From Octopus vulgaris (Eukaryota): a stretch of 64,000 bases of DNA. Position 1 is the first letter of the stretch; each line of letters begins with the position of its first letter. The stretch spans positions 152,210,001-152,274,000 of the forward strand of contig OX597816.1 of the NCBI GenBank assembly GCA_951406725.2. The letters are read 5' to 3'. Positions 1 through 33,900 of this stretch are shown in pieces. Under the pieces are notes generated by a model, which saw nothing but the letters and a program-made list of their open reading frames with translations, made no database searches and was not told the origin of the DNA. The position numbers and the translations under genes were made by a program.

Positions 1-788
1 TAAGTGTTGTATTGTAGTAAAATAAAAAGTATTTGTAAACACAAGCAATCAGGTAAAGTAGGCAATTAATGTTTAATTGAAAGAAAACTGTCTGACATGT
101 AAGTTGGACAGCTACAGCTGTAAATAGTTTGACTAACAATCAGAGTGTAATCTGCTTTGATGATTAGTTGCCTTGTTTTTCATTGCACATCACTGCAGCA
201 CCATTAATCAAGGTGTATGGTTGGGATAATTGTAGCACAGATGAAGGTTTCTAGAGGATTTCAATATGCATGGCCCAATCAGTGAAGACATGAGGATCTG
301 AAAATAGATGACTGTGGTTTTTGAATTGTAGATGTGAGTTCAGCTATCATATGTAAAACATAGGTGCAGGCATGGCTGTATAATTAAGAAGCTTACTTTG
401 CAACATTGATGTTTCAGGTTCAGTCCCATGGTGCAGCACCTTGTGCATGTGTATTCCACTACAGTCCCAAGATGACCAATGCCATGTGAGTGAATTTGGT
501 AGACCGAAACTGTGGAGAAACCCATCATAAACATATAGGGTGTTCAGGTTCATCTGAATATTGGAAAAGAGTCACCTGTATCATGACGATGCACATTGGA
601 TATCAAAATGCAGACTTCGTGACTGCTACTCAATGCTTTGTAAAGGTTGTAAGACATGACATGGATAGCTGTAATGGAGATTATGAAGCCATGACCAGCA
701 GGAAGGGACATAGCAAGCAATTCAGGTGGCGACATGAAGCTGCTGGAAGGCCATACGTGTGGAAGCAGGATGAGGCTTCTTGCCATTT

Positions 789-1110
789 ATCATCATCATC
801 ATCATCGTTTAACATCTACCTTTCATGCTGGCATGGGTGGGATGGTTTGACAAGAGCTGGCCAAGCAGAAGCCTGCACCAGACTTCTGTAACTGTTTTGG
901 CAGGATTTTTACAGCTAGCTGCCCTTCCTAACACCAACCACTCAACAGAGTGGACTTAGTGCTTTTTATGTGACACAAGCACAGGCGAGGTCAGTTTTGG
1001 CAAGGTTTATACAGCTGGATACCCTTCCTAACACCAACCACTCAGCAGAGTGGACTTAGTGCTTTTAAGTGGCAACTGCACTGACAAGGTCACCAAGTAC
1101 TTGCAAGACA
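789..1110 (-). mobile_element. (GAT)n-tailed SINE with an internal duplication of about 100-bp period
   Basis: CATCATCATCGTTTAAC start; CCCTTCCTAACACCAACCACTC..GAGTGGACTTAGTGC occurs twice (about 922 and 1022). Confidence 0.7.
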
Positions 1111-1639
1111 AAAAAAAAGCTATTTTGAAAGGAGAGGGGACATTGGAGGAGGTGATCTTGTGTTGGATGATGAAAGGTTATATTGAGACACAGAGACAGA
1201 AACAGATGTCTTGCTGTAGAGGAAGGACAAGGTTACTCAGCCAGAGAGAGAGATCAGGAATGAAGACAGAAACAGATGCGCTGCTGCAAAGGAAATACAT
1301 GGTCACCCAACCTGAGGGAAGTGAAGGAGAGAGAGGGATACAGCAGGATAGAGATGGTGGCAAAGTGCCAGGCATATGCAATGATACAATGAGTCAGGGT
1401 GTGGGTGGAACATGCAGTTTGGAAGTTAGCGGATAGCAAGGATACAGTGGCACAGGGTCAAGAGGACAGGATTGGGGAGTGGGGGTAAGCCTAGTGCATG
1501 GAGTGGCAATGTGAGGAAGAGAAGGGATATTTGGTTTGTTATGGTAGAGTGTGTTCTTGTTAAGTGTGGGTGGGACACACAGCATTTCTAGGACTCAGTT
1601 TTGCTGATGTAGGCAGGTCTTCCCAAGAATTTCATATCG

Positions 1640-2150
1640 CCAGACATCTCAGTTCATTGTCATTTCCTCTGTGAGGCCCAACATCTCTTCTTGGGTCTCC
1701 CTCTTCCACAGTGGTTGGCACTTCTTTATGCAGCTGTCTTCATTCATATGCATCACATATCCAAACCAATGTAATCTTCTCTCTAGCATGCTACATTTGA
1801 CTCCTCTTATGCCCGACTTTTCTCTCAATACATTTACACTTTGTCGTACATGTGCACTGATATTACACATCCAACAGAGCATACTACCTTCATTTCTCTC
1901 CAGTCTATTCATGTCTTCTGCATTCAGAGCCCCTGTCTCATTACCATGGAGTATAGCTGTTCGCACACAAGCATCGTATAGTCTACTTTCACTCTGAGAG
2001 AGTCTTTTTGTTGCCAACAGAGATAATAGCTCTCTGAACTTCCTCCACCCAATTCTTATTCTAGAAACAATACTTTCAGAACATCCTCCACCATTACTAA
2101 TTTGGTTACCTAGGTAACAGAAACTATCTACAACCTCAAGAGAGCCTCCC
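1640..2150 (-). mobile_element. RTE-like LINE 3' fragment
   Basis: RLYDACVRTAILHGNET...RRLHWFGYVMHM, typical of an RTE ORF2 C-terminus. Confidence 0.75.
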
Positions 2151-2154
2151 CAGA

Positions 2155-2365
2155 AAAAGTCAGAAGTGGTTGTTGGAGAATTTCTATGACTTCACCAGCC
2201 CTAATTTCTGGCCTTCTAATTCCCCCAATTGTAATCTCATGGATTACTACATGTGGGGTATGGTTGAGAAAGACACCAACTGCTCTGCCTGTAACATCAA
2301 AATCAAGTTGGTGGTCAAGATTTAGGAGGTGTCCAAAGATCTTTCCAGGAATACAGTGAAGAACC
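2155..2365 (+). pseudogene. Tc1/mariner-superfamily transposase C-terminal fragment (DD37D/maT-like)
   Basis: Translates KSQKWLLENFYDFTSPNFWPSNSPNCNLMDYYMWGMVE, a degenerate WPxNSPDxNPxDY motif. Confidence 0.7.
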
Positions 2366-2429
2366 AGGTTCCAGAGCCTTCTTGTGGCTGTGGTGGAAGC
2401 TGAAGGCAGTTACTTTGAGTAAACTGTTA

Positions 2430-2782
2430 TCTCCCAACCATAATCTAGTTCTGGGGTCCATATAAGATTGTTGGGTCCATGGATGCAATATAATAAATTG
2501 GAGGTTCACAGTAATTTTTCAGGGACCATGAAAAATTGTGCATTAGACTAGTAAAGTGTATGTGCAATAAATTGGTTATACATCCACAATACACAAAATA
2601 TTTTAACAATTACTTTTATACATGGTAGTGCTCCAGCATGACCACAGCTGCATGGTTCAAATGAGTAAAAGAATACAATTTCTAATAATATTTAATTATG
2701 GAAACATCAAATGGCCATGGGATCCACTCAAGGAAAATAGGAATCAAAGGGGTCCATGGGCAAAAAATGGTTGAGAACCCCT
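2430..2782. mobile_element. hAT-like MITE
   Basis: Ends ...AAAAAATGGTTGAGAACCCCT with a weak matching CCCAACCA start and GGGGTCC subterminal repeats; a similar element lies at about 8470-8620. Confidence 0.45.
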
Positions 2783-5700
2783 TATCTAGTTGATATTTTT
2801 TTCACTTTTTTAAATTTTATTTTTAGGTGGGATATTGTTTTCTTTTATGCAAACTGTCAAATTTAGCCAAAACATTCTCTCTATATATGTGTGTGTTTGT
2901 GTTTATTCCCCCACCACTACAATGCAGTTCAGCAAAAGAGATTGGTAGAATAACTACCAGACTTAAAAATAAGTTTGGGGTTGATAAGTATTAAGTCCTT
3001 AATACTTAATGATGGTGTCCCATCATGGCTGCAGTCTAATGAGTGAAACAAGTAAAAGATAAAAGACAGTAAAATTGCATTCAGCTTAATAGTTTCCAAC
3101 AGGCTTATCTGCTGATCAAGGTCAGTCTCCTGTCAGTATTCTATGGTTTGCTTTTGTTGATGTACAGAACTTGGTTGCTGATGATGCTTACTACGCTGCT
3201 AAGTCTGCCATACTTTTATTGTTGGCAGAGCAACTTAGTGAAACAGTCATCCTTGCTTCCACAAAGGAAGCAAGTGGGCTGAATGTGAGTGTATGTATAT
3301 GACATCAAATTATCAACAAATAGATCTCTTGAGTTGACATTTATATCAACTGCTGTCATTTTGTATTTTAAAGCTGCATGCTGTAATTCACCTTCTAGCT
3401 CAGATCATTATTGTAGTCTCCTTTTCCTTTAATATAAAATCAGAGCATGAAAGCTGCTTAGAATGCATTTCTTAATTTTATAGCTTATATTGTTCCTTCC
3501 ATCTCTGCTACCTTCCAGAATTATATTATCAGATTCAGCACTTGTAAATTTTTTTTTATATCAAGAATACCAAAGGTTCTATTAATTTTCAAATGATTTC
3601 AGTTTCAAAACTAAATTTAGATGTGCATGGATACATGTGTGCAGGCCATTGAGTCAAAAATGTTACGTAATCCTTCATATAAAACTCAAACTGAATTTCT
3701 GGAAGTCTACTGTTATTTCACTCTGAAGACATCCCTACAGCATTTGCTCTAACTGATGAACATCCTTTAAATCACACTAATGGTTTATCTTCAAGAAAGT
3801 ATGAGAAGTAAAAAATTTTCCTACAAGAACTAGCACCTATTCTGATAATTAGCTATTATTAAACTAAGGCACTTTTAGTTATGTGGTTTACTAAAATGTA
3901 CATAAAGAATGCTACTTCAGCAAACTTAGTAATGGTCAAGTCAAGTGTTGAGAATGTACTGCATAATCAGCCATCCAAGAGGTTGATAGCTTTACTGTTA
4001 TGAGGCAATGGCTGCACTGTGGCCTTCATTAGTGTTAGCTTTTGCATTGCTAACTTTAACTCTCCTTGAAGTAAAAAATGCCTTTCTTTAATACAAAAAA
4101 AAAATTGATTTTCACATTCTTTGTTAGTTTTTTTCTTTAATTTTTCACCATTTTCCCTTCTTCCTGCTCCTCTTTTAATTCTGCCTTAAGCTTTTTCTAT
4201 AGCATCATCTTTTTAGTTAGCTTTATCTCTCTCTATCTACTACTACTACTACCACTACCACCACCACTACTACAACTAGCTTTCTCTAGCGTCCTCTCTT
4301 TAGCTCACTTTCAAACCAAACTTTTTTAGTCTTTGGCCTAATCTAATTTATGACACTGAACCATTCACTTGATTTTGATATATTACTTTTTATCCCCCCC
4401 CCCCCTCACTCACTCTCTCTCTCTCCCCAGTCTGTTTCTTTCTTCCATTTTTCTTTCTTTCTAGTTGTTAAACTCACTAAAGTAAAGCAATTGTCATTTG
4501 TGGACTCTATTTATTGACCATTTATAAACCACAGCCTTTTTTTTTTTCTTTTTTAGAGTTTGTGGCAAAGGAACAATCATTGTACTTAATTACTTGTATC
4601 AACTACTTTAAACAAATTAGCTTTTCTTTTATTTTCCGTTTTTAATGTGTTGCTGGAGTTTGGGTGGGTTCTATCAGGATGTTTTACCATAACCACATAA
4701 CACGAAGAAGCACTTCCCATCATTCCCTTTCCTGTTATTAATGAAGACATTTCTTACACGCAACTCTTTGGACACTAGTAGATTTGGAATGACTGACATG
4801 ACATTCAGTTTGTATTGGTCACAGTACTTGCATGTTGGAGGCAAACACACACACACACACACACAGGAATATGCACATACAGAGAGACAGGCAGACATTA
4901 CAATTTATTAATTGAACATGTTTAACAAATGTTTTCTCTCTCCTTGAAAACACAGAGGAAAATGCTCTCTCATGCACACACACACACAGAGGGAATGAGA
5001 AAAGCATTAAAACATCTGATATCAAATAATCCAATTGTTGAGTCAACAACACCAAATAGATAGTGCCAAAACATCTCATACCCTGCAATTCTATATTTCT
5101 GAGATGAGTAATTTACCATATTTTAATGTGTATAAGGAACCCTTTTTTGTCAAAAGTTAGGTTAAAGAAATAATCACTCCAATCACCATCCAGGAGGTCA
5201 GTAAGTATTGGAAATAACTCATGTAGTTCCCAAAGACCTTAAAAGTTTGTGTTTAACATAAGACTGATGATACAAAATGAGAGAAATTTCCCTACTGGAT
5301 AGAGCACCAGACTGTTTGTTATAGCCAGTATTCCCATTTGATTTAGCACCAGTTATAGACAGTTGCCTGAAGTTTAAGTGAAGTGTGCTGCCCAATGCCT
5401 TTAGTGGATTTTAAACCCAGTGTCTCTGAACTATTATACCAATACCATATCCACTTGATCATCATACTTCTACATAAGGTGGTAGGATTTGTTCATCTTT
5501 ATATCTTTATTGAAGTTAAAGCAAGAGACACTGTCTGCATGGTGTAGCATGTCTACTAAGAACACCATAGCAAGTTTCAGAAACAATGTATGACTGTACT
5601 TTGAGAACACAAGGTAGTAAATATAATACTATATATACTGAGCCATTTCTCTTCTAGGTTAAATCCAGAATTTGAGGAAATTGATGGTGTGTGTTTGGCA

Positions 5701-8700
5701 AAAATTAGTCTAGAGGAGAGTTAGAAGAAAAGTTTAATATGTTCTATTGTCATGGGGAGTGAAGAATTTCACATTTGGATACTCTGGTAGATGAAGTATC
5801 AGATTGTCAGCTAAGAGTAAATAGTAGCTTAGTCACTAGGATGGGTACAAAGCGACCATCACAGCTGCTAACCATTTTTCTATGCTTGCATCGGTGGGAC
5901 ATATTCTCTTCAACAGAGTACCCTACTACTCTTTGCATTTCTTTGTCATGTCCTTTGTGAGGTTCAACTTAGAGTCAGAGCTTCACCACTTTTTGCCCAT
6001 GTTTTCCTTGGTCTTCCTCTTCCATTGGTTCTTTTCACATGAATTTCCTGGAATTTCTTCACCCAACTTTCACTATTCAAATGTATCACAAGTCCATACA
6101 AGCGTAGCCATCACTCTTGCGCACTACAATTAATCCCTCTTATATTCAGTTTTTCTGCTCAGCCCTTCTGTGCTTCATTAATCTTGCACACTGGGCAAGC
6201 ATAATTTTCTACTTTTAATTTATTAAAAAGAAATTTGTTGAATTTTTATTTATTTAATTTTTGAACACTTTTTTTTTTTCATCCATTTAAGTGTTGCTCC
6301 ACTTTTGAATGTCCTATTTTGTTTAAGTATGCTTCAAAATGTAATTCAGAGGTTTCAGATATTACCTGTGCCTCATTTATGTGAATTACTATTTAAGAGT
6401 CTCTTTTCCTCTAACTATTTACTTACTGTTCAGCAAAATCCAGTTCATTGGATTAATGTCAATAGCACTTAACAAGATTTTATTATTTAGCAAGAAACAC
6501 TACTTTTTTATTTTCATTGAAGATAAAATACCATCAGCATTGTATTACAATTTACATATAGCGATGTTAATGCATTTTTCTGATTCCAACTCTGCTTAAC
6601 CTAATTTCTAACTCTGAATCAATGATTCCAACTCCACAGACCTCCTGGCTTCTCCCTTTCTTTAGGCTCACCTTGTACGTCTATTCTTTGCAGAGATTAA
6701 CAGTAATGTATTATTGTCTGTAATAGTTGGTAACAATGTATTAATAATGTACAGTAGGTGTTCTGACCTGTCCTCTCTTAGCCAACTTCCATTAATAGAT
6801 CAAACAGCTTAAGACACCAGTCTAAACAATGTAATCTATGCATATATGCTAAGGCTGTCTGTTAAGATGAGATTATTTTCCTTTCAACTTCTTCCAGCCT
6901 ACTTGCAAATCCTCTTGCCATTTTCCCTATTATCATCTGTTAATTAGTGAGCCATTGCTGCCAGCTCATTCACGAAGAAACACTCATTAATTAAAGTATC
7001 TGACAGCTTAGCACAGAGGTGAGCATTATCAGTCTAGGTATTTGTTTTTACATCACAGCTTTTTGTCTTTTCAATCTAAGTTCAAATCCCACCAAAGCCA
7101 ACTTTGCTTTTCAATTCTGTCTACATTTGCAACATAAACCTCCCTACAGACGATGTAATTACTCCAGTCCTATGTATCCTCATTCTGTTTTAGCGGCAAC
7201 TAACAGACTTTCCAGTGGATGTGGTGTCTTAATTTCACTCTACCCCTGCCTCAACATCACCATCCAAGTGCTATGAAAAGTTCTATCTCCATTCTCAATA
7301 TAATGAGTTATTGAATTAACATAAGGTGGTGAGCTAACAGAATCATTAGCATGCCAGGCAAAATGCTTACTGGTATTTCATCTGTCTTTACATTCTGAGT
7401 TCCAATTCCTCTGAGGTCCACTTTGCCTTTCATCCCATCAGGGTTGATAAATTAAGCACCAGTTGAGCACTGGGGTTGATGTAATTGACTTACCAACTCC
7501 AATATATGTTACTGGCTTTAGCTGTATCTAAGGCAAAAACAAAGTAGGTTCTCTTTCTGTGTGGTTTGATAGCTTTAATTTGCTTATAGAGATGTGGTGG
7601 GGGGGTAGGGGGGATCACAAGATGTTTGACAATCCATCATGACTTAGTGTTGCAGTCAATATTTACAGCTATTTATGTTTGGATTATCTGGAAGAGACAT
7701 TGTTATCAAGTTGTTCTGAAATGTTGTTGATGTGTCTGAATACTGTTCCTGAAGAAGTGTAAAGAGGTGAACAGGTGCTGTATGGTTTGGAGTAGTGTCA
7801 ACCATGATGAAACCAACTTTCAGATTCAATTTCTTATTTTGGCAGTAGGTATTTTTGTAGATGAGTGAGGAATAGAATGCAAGTTGAAACATAGTTCCTG
7901 ACTATATATGTATTTGTATATTTATATAAGGGTCTTTTTTTTTTTTTTTTTTTTTACAAATACTGTGTTACGGTGGTGAGCTGGCAGAACCATTAGAATG
8001 CCAGGCGGCATTTGCCCCTCTCTATATTCTGAGTTCACTGTAGTCAACTTTGCCTTTCATACTTTCAAGTCAGTGAAATAAGTCCCATTGGGGTTGATGT
8101 AATCGATTTACTCCCTCCCGCAAAATTGCTGTCCTTTTGCCAAAATTTGAAACTAGTATATTTCTGTGTCAAAAGCTGTTCATGTTTGTTTATTTTTGTT
8201 ACCTTCTGCGTAGATTAAAATTCATTTGAGTGTAATGGATGTCTAGAATTTTGACCTTTTCTGTTGTGATGGTCGTTGTTCTTTACCCCAAGGTCAGTTA
8301 TGTTTGTATATGCCTTTAATCCGAAGCATTCCATTTGTGATCATCTAATCTTTTTTTAAACACTGTATCTAGAAACACATTCAATATGCCTTTCTTTAAG
8401 ACAATAAGTGTAATTTAAAGGAAATTTGGTTCTTATTTTGAGCTTTTGCTCATACAACTATATTGGAAGTAGTGATTACCAACCCTTTCACTAAAAGGGC
8501 TCTTTTATGTATTTTCCCAATAACACCAGGTTTTCTACACAATAAATTTTGAACTCATGGACCCACAGTACTATTGTTGTGGATCTCCAAGGATCAACAG
8601 ACCCCATGTTGTGAGCTACTGCTTTAAAGCAACCCATTTAGTATCCAAATTTTCAGTAGCTACATATCTAATCTATATTTCACCTCAGTTTATATACCTT

Positions 8701-10552
8701 CAAGGTTGCTAAAGAAAGTGCCAGAAATGTAATGTGAACTAGTTCAGTAAATAACTCTAACCTACATTATGATAAATAAAAGAACATTTTTTAAAATGTA
8801 CGCAACAAGTACAAATATACCAGTTCTGTTAGGTTGAAATTTTAATTAATATTGTGATTGCCAGCCAAATTTACAAATTGATTGTTCTGTGTGCTATTAT
8901 TTTTCTCTTTTCAGTTTCTGACCTACATACATATTTTTATTTTACAATGAGGATATTTTACATGAAGGATATTAACCTTTCTAAATCCAAATCTATGTTA
9001 GAAAAATAAATTATTCAGAAGCTGTTTTCATGAAAATCAATTTAGTGTTAGCTTTTTATTGTTCACTGCATAAAATGTGTAAATTGGAAATAATCATAAC
9101 TATAACAGTTCTGTTTGGTTAGAATTTCAATTAATATTGTGATCACAGATCAAACTGTACAAATTGATTGTTCCAGAAGTGTTGAAAAAACAGAATTTGT
9201 CAATAATATTTTAATTATTCCAGCAAGTATGAGAGGCAATTCTAGACATGTTTCAATCTTATTAGACTCTTCAGCAAAGTATAGACTTTACCATATGAAG
9301 TATTGATGAGAAAATTAATGTTAATTAGTGTAAAAATAAAAATTTGCATATTTTAGAGAATTCCTTTTTAAATTTTACTGTACCTAATATATTAACATGA
9401 ATTTAACTATTGTTTTTCATTTAAATGGTGTCCAACTTTTTTTTTGTAATATCATCATCATCATTGAACATCCACCTTCCATGCTGGCAAAAGTTGGATG
9501 GTTTGATGGGAGCTGGCAAGCTGGAGACCTACACCAAGGCTCCATTGTCTGATTTGACATGGTTTCTACAGCTGGGTGTCCTTCCTAATGCCAACCACTT
9601 TACAGAGTACACTGGGTGCTTTTTATTTGGCACCAATACTGGTGTGTTTTATGTGGCACCAGCACTCAATACATGTTAGTTTTTACATCAGCTAGTGTAC
9701 TGTGTAGTAAATTTATATGAACACTGACTGGACTACTGTGAACTTGCAGTTTAGTTTAATAATTAGTTGTACAACTTCTCGAGCATATTTTGCATGCTGG
9801 GATTGTTTTTCAGAAATTTAAAATTTACACATTATTACAGTGAATGTTTTACTACTGATTTTTCTCTTCCCAATCACTCAGCTGTCAAGTACAAATAGTG
9901 AAATCTGTTGTCAACCAGGAAAACTGAAACAAACAATGGTACTTAAAATACAAAAACCTCACATTATGTCTTTAGTCTTGTACCAGCAGATTTCATTAAG
10001 ATCAATAATGATTGGTAATTATGGCCAACTTTGCCTTTCATCTCCTCCTTCCCTCAAGATCAATAAAGTACTGGTTAATGACTGAGAGTTTATGGTATTG
10101 GCTAACCCCACCTCTCCTCAGAATTGCTGGCCTTGTACCTAATTCAGAAACCATGAAAATAAATGCTTTCAATTTAAAGAGTTTTACAGAAAAAATTCAA
10201 AATTTTTTCCTCAACTAAAAGATTTTAGATGCTGAAATTGGAAAGCTTTTCTGGTGGCAGTTTCAGCTTCTTGATTTAATATTTGGGTTTCCTTTAGAAA
10301 TCTTTCATTAGAATATTGAATTAATTTTTGCATTGAAGATAATTATCAATATTGTCCAACATAACATTAATTAGAAATCTAAATAGTTTTTCTCCCTCTC
10401 CCTCCCCTCCCCCCTCTGTCTCTCTTTCAATGAGATTCTTTTCCTTCATGTTTAATGAATGGTTGAGGTGACTAGGAATTTGAAGACCATAATTATAATA
10501 TAAACATCCAATTTACATACACAGCCACATCTAAATATAAGAACACAGATGC

Positions 10553-10880
10553 TCAAACTCTACTCATGTTTATACTTTTTCTCCTAACTTGCATGACACT
10601 AACCATGCTCTCCGTCTCTTTAACTCTTCCTCCTCCCCTTCTGCCCCCTCTAAATTTCTGTTCACTCTTGATATAAATGAAGGATTTGCACTGAAACACT
10701 TTCTGGATCTTCAACCTGACCCCCAACCTGATGCCGCCTCCACACTTCTTCATTTGGCCAGGTTGCGGTCTCAAAGCGCCGAAAATATTTTGACAATTAA
10801 ATTTAAATGTTGAAGTGAATCTAATGGTTTTTGTGTGTTTCTTAAATGGCTTATAAACACCTACGCTGCAATTGTTTATA
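10553..10880 (+). mobile_element. Penelope-like element remnant (RT fragment plus terminal region)
   Basis: DTNHALRLFNS..FLFTLDI..NEG.ALKHFLD..STLLHLA resembles a Penelope RT with an internal deletion. Confidence 0.6.
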
Positions 10881-10922
10881 TACATATATATACATACATG
10901 TTTGTTTGTCTTTTTTTTACAG

Positions 10923-30897
<19,975 letters not shown>

Positions 30898-30955
30898 GCA
30901 ATCAGACTAATCTGAAGATTGGTTTTTTGCTTCATTTCTCCCTTCCACAATATAC

Positions 30956-30961
30956 AATAAA
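30956..30961 (+). promoter_or_regulatory. Candidate proximal poly(A) signal of PTDSS1
   Basis: AATAAA about 60 nt after the stop; the hexamer is common in AT-rich DNA. Confidence 0.35.
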
Positions 30962-33900
30962 AGCACATGGGAAGGGAGCTATATTATCATGAAGTAACTC
31001 TCAAGGAAGCCAGTAGTGGATTTCATTGAGAAATTAAATTAAAATATACTGCAACAGGCTGTAACTGTTTAACAACAGACAATCACGTGAATATTGGGCA
31101 ATGTTTTTTTTTTCTGTTTTGTTTTGGTTTTTTTTTCTAATTCCTGTAAGCCCAATGAGTCTGTACATTGGCATTGACATTCCATTTTATGCCCAGTTAC
31201 TTATCCTAACAATGTTGTGAGGTTGGGAAGAAGGATTAAACAAAGCAACTTATGAGATTTAACCTACTTTAATTTAAAAACCTTTTTTTAAATTTGACTT
31301 TATGTAAGATTGTAAAGAACTGTATTTATTTCTCTCTCTTTCTAACCAAAGACTTTAATCAGTTGATGGCTCCCTGAAAAATTAAAATAAAATAAAGTTT
31401 TTGATCTGCATATATTAATATATTATATGCAGTTTGTTAAATGGGTCGATTGGGGACACCATTTAACTCCTCCTGTCTCATGAGTCATCAGTTCATATCC
31501 TGTTGTAATAGATATTTCATTGTATCTTGGATTAAAACACTTTTCTCAACTTGCCTCTCTTTACCTAGCTGGGGAGAACAGGTAAAATACCATCTGTTGT
31601 AGACTAGCAATTTATCCAGGAACAGAGGTTTATCTAGTCGAAGTTTGCGAGAGGATTTAAGTTAGCTTTATTTGAGCAAACCTATGGAGTTAGCTGATCA
31701 AATGAAGCATTTATTTGATCAGTATTTCAAGCTATGACCATTTCATCTTTTAAGAATTAAAATATCTGATACACTCTTTTTAAATATGTTAAAGGAGTTT
31801 ATAGATGGAAATTTCAATATTACATTGAGTATATCAAATAATGTCCTGGAAATTCTATTATTGAATTGTCAGGACTGATGTTTATCAAGGATCTTCAGAC
31901 TACTAGATTATTAGGTCATGGCTTGATACACTAATTCTTTGTAATCCCATCACAAATTATTGAGCAGTACTAAAGAAACAAACTGAGAAATTACTACAGA
32001 GCTGGTTGCTATTGCACTTATCTTTTAACTGAAACAATTACTTCACTGATGGGTTTATTTCTAAACTTTAGTGTTCTCACTTTAATTTTCCTTTTTTTAA
32101 TCAAATGATTAATTTATTTTCAATCATATATAGTTAACCTGCTAATTTTATTTGTTCCAGCACTAAAAAAAATGGGAACAAATATTTAAAAAAATGTAGA
32201 AGTCTCTTATATATGGAAATAAAGACAAGAAAATCTGAAAACTTCTAGAGTTGGAGTTGTTTGAAATAGATAAAGAAATTAAATTTACAGAGATGTTAAC
32301 ATTCTGTAAATGCTTTTGAAACTTCTCTCAGCATTTCTTTGGCTTTATGTTTGTGTTGTACTATTTAAATGTGCTTAGACACATACACTGGTGTGATCTA
32401 CCCTATTTTAAGTTTGCTGCTAAGTAATTCATCTACCTCTGAAGAAGCCCCAAGCTGCAAAGGCTTAAATTTTATTTTTTTGTTGTTTATATTTATTATT
32501 TATCGATTTGTTTGTCTGTCAGGAACTAGATATATTAATTATATAAACTGTAGATTAAAACTTTTGCTGAGAGAAGATTAATATCCTAGAGAGACAATAC
32601 TGCAGCAACCCTAAGTAGTTACTCAACTTTTCTCCACATTTTGTTTATTTAATGAAAAAACCTAATTAAAATTGAATTTTGTATTTCTTCTAATTATAAA
32701 TATGACAAAGAAAATGTTTACTGGTTGTGTGTGATCTTGTTCATTTGTTTCTGCACCATCTATTAATTAGCATGGGCAAGCATAACTTGGTTAGATTCAC
32801 CCATCTGAAATAAATCTATTAATAAACTATTCTTCAGCCCAAACCAGATATTCAACACTTAGAAAAACCTTACAGTATGTCTCTGTATGGTTTGTGCTGT
32901 AGGCAAAGCAACAATGATTGGTTACCACAACAGTGAATTATGATGTGTCACTGAAAGTGGTTTGTGCTAAGATGTCTACATACAGGATATGAACTGTTGA
33001 CCCTCCAACCAAAAGTCAGACACCTTATCAACTGAGATATCTAAAGAACCCCTGTTTAAAAGTGAACTAGCAAAAATGCATAAATGTATTCTGTGTAATT
33101 TTTCTAGTAAACACACTTGTATATATTTGTGTGTATAAATTGGTGAAACCCATAATCCATTTGTCTTCATAGAGACTATTTTGGGCAAATCAACACAGAG
33201 CCCATCATTCCAGGCTAATACCTAAGGCAAGATTTGAACTTGGCACTGAAAAACTAATAAAACAGTCATCATTTATACAGTGCTGCTGTCTGCAACCATA
33301 AGATTTACTTTTCTGTGTCATTTCTTTTACTACTTGGTGAATTTAATGCCATTTGAAAGTTCTTGGTCAGAGACACAGCACAATGACTTGACTGGAATAG
33401 TTGCCTCAGTTGAGTTCAACATCCTATCACATCAAGAAGCTGACATACTGACACACATTTATAAATAAGATTAAAGATATTTAAAGAATGTCAGTTTTAA
33501 ATTTCTTCTTAATCATGATTGTCTGTCTGTTAAAGGAAGTTTCTGTTGTTGTGGTTGCTCCAATAGAAGTTCAATGCTGCAATTCAGGTTGAAATGGCAG
33601 ACTGATTTCAACTTGAATTGACTTGAGATTTGAAACTTCTAAGGAGAAGTTATCCATGAGGCCCTCAGGCATGTCTAGTAGAGTAATTTGCATTTTATTT
33701 GAAATATAGTCCCATTGGAACCTGAGGTTTTTTACTCCCATCCAATGGTGGCTCTATGACTGGAGACTTTCAGAAAAAAATTGTATCTAATGCACTTAAT
33801 AGTTAATGTACTGCTGGCTACAAATAAATGAGTAACCACTTACATAACTGATTGTATTTGTTGCATATTTATCCATAACTGGCATTGGGGAGGAGAAGGT

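Noticed and set aside
490-1585. ORFs of 60-133 aa at the window start
   Set aside because: They overlap SINE and decayed repeat sequence and show no homology cues or splice logic.
8820-9175. Diverged direct repeat of about 70 bp (8820-8890 and 9105-9175)
   Set aside because: Old, AT-rich and low identity, with no LTR or TSD features; probably a neutral duplication.
1-10922. First coding exon or promoter of PTDSS1
   Set aside because: I found no segment encoding the expected FFY.PHTITLL-type N-terminus and no CpG-rich promoter; it probably lies upstream of the window.
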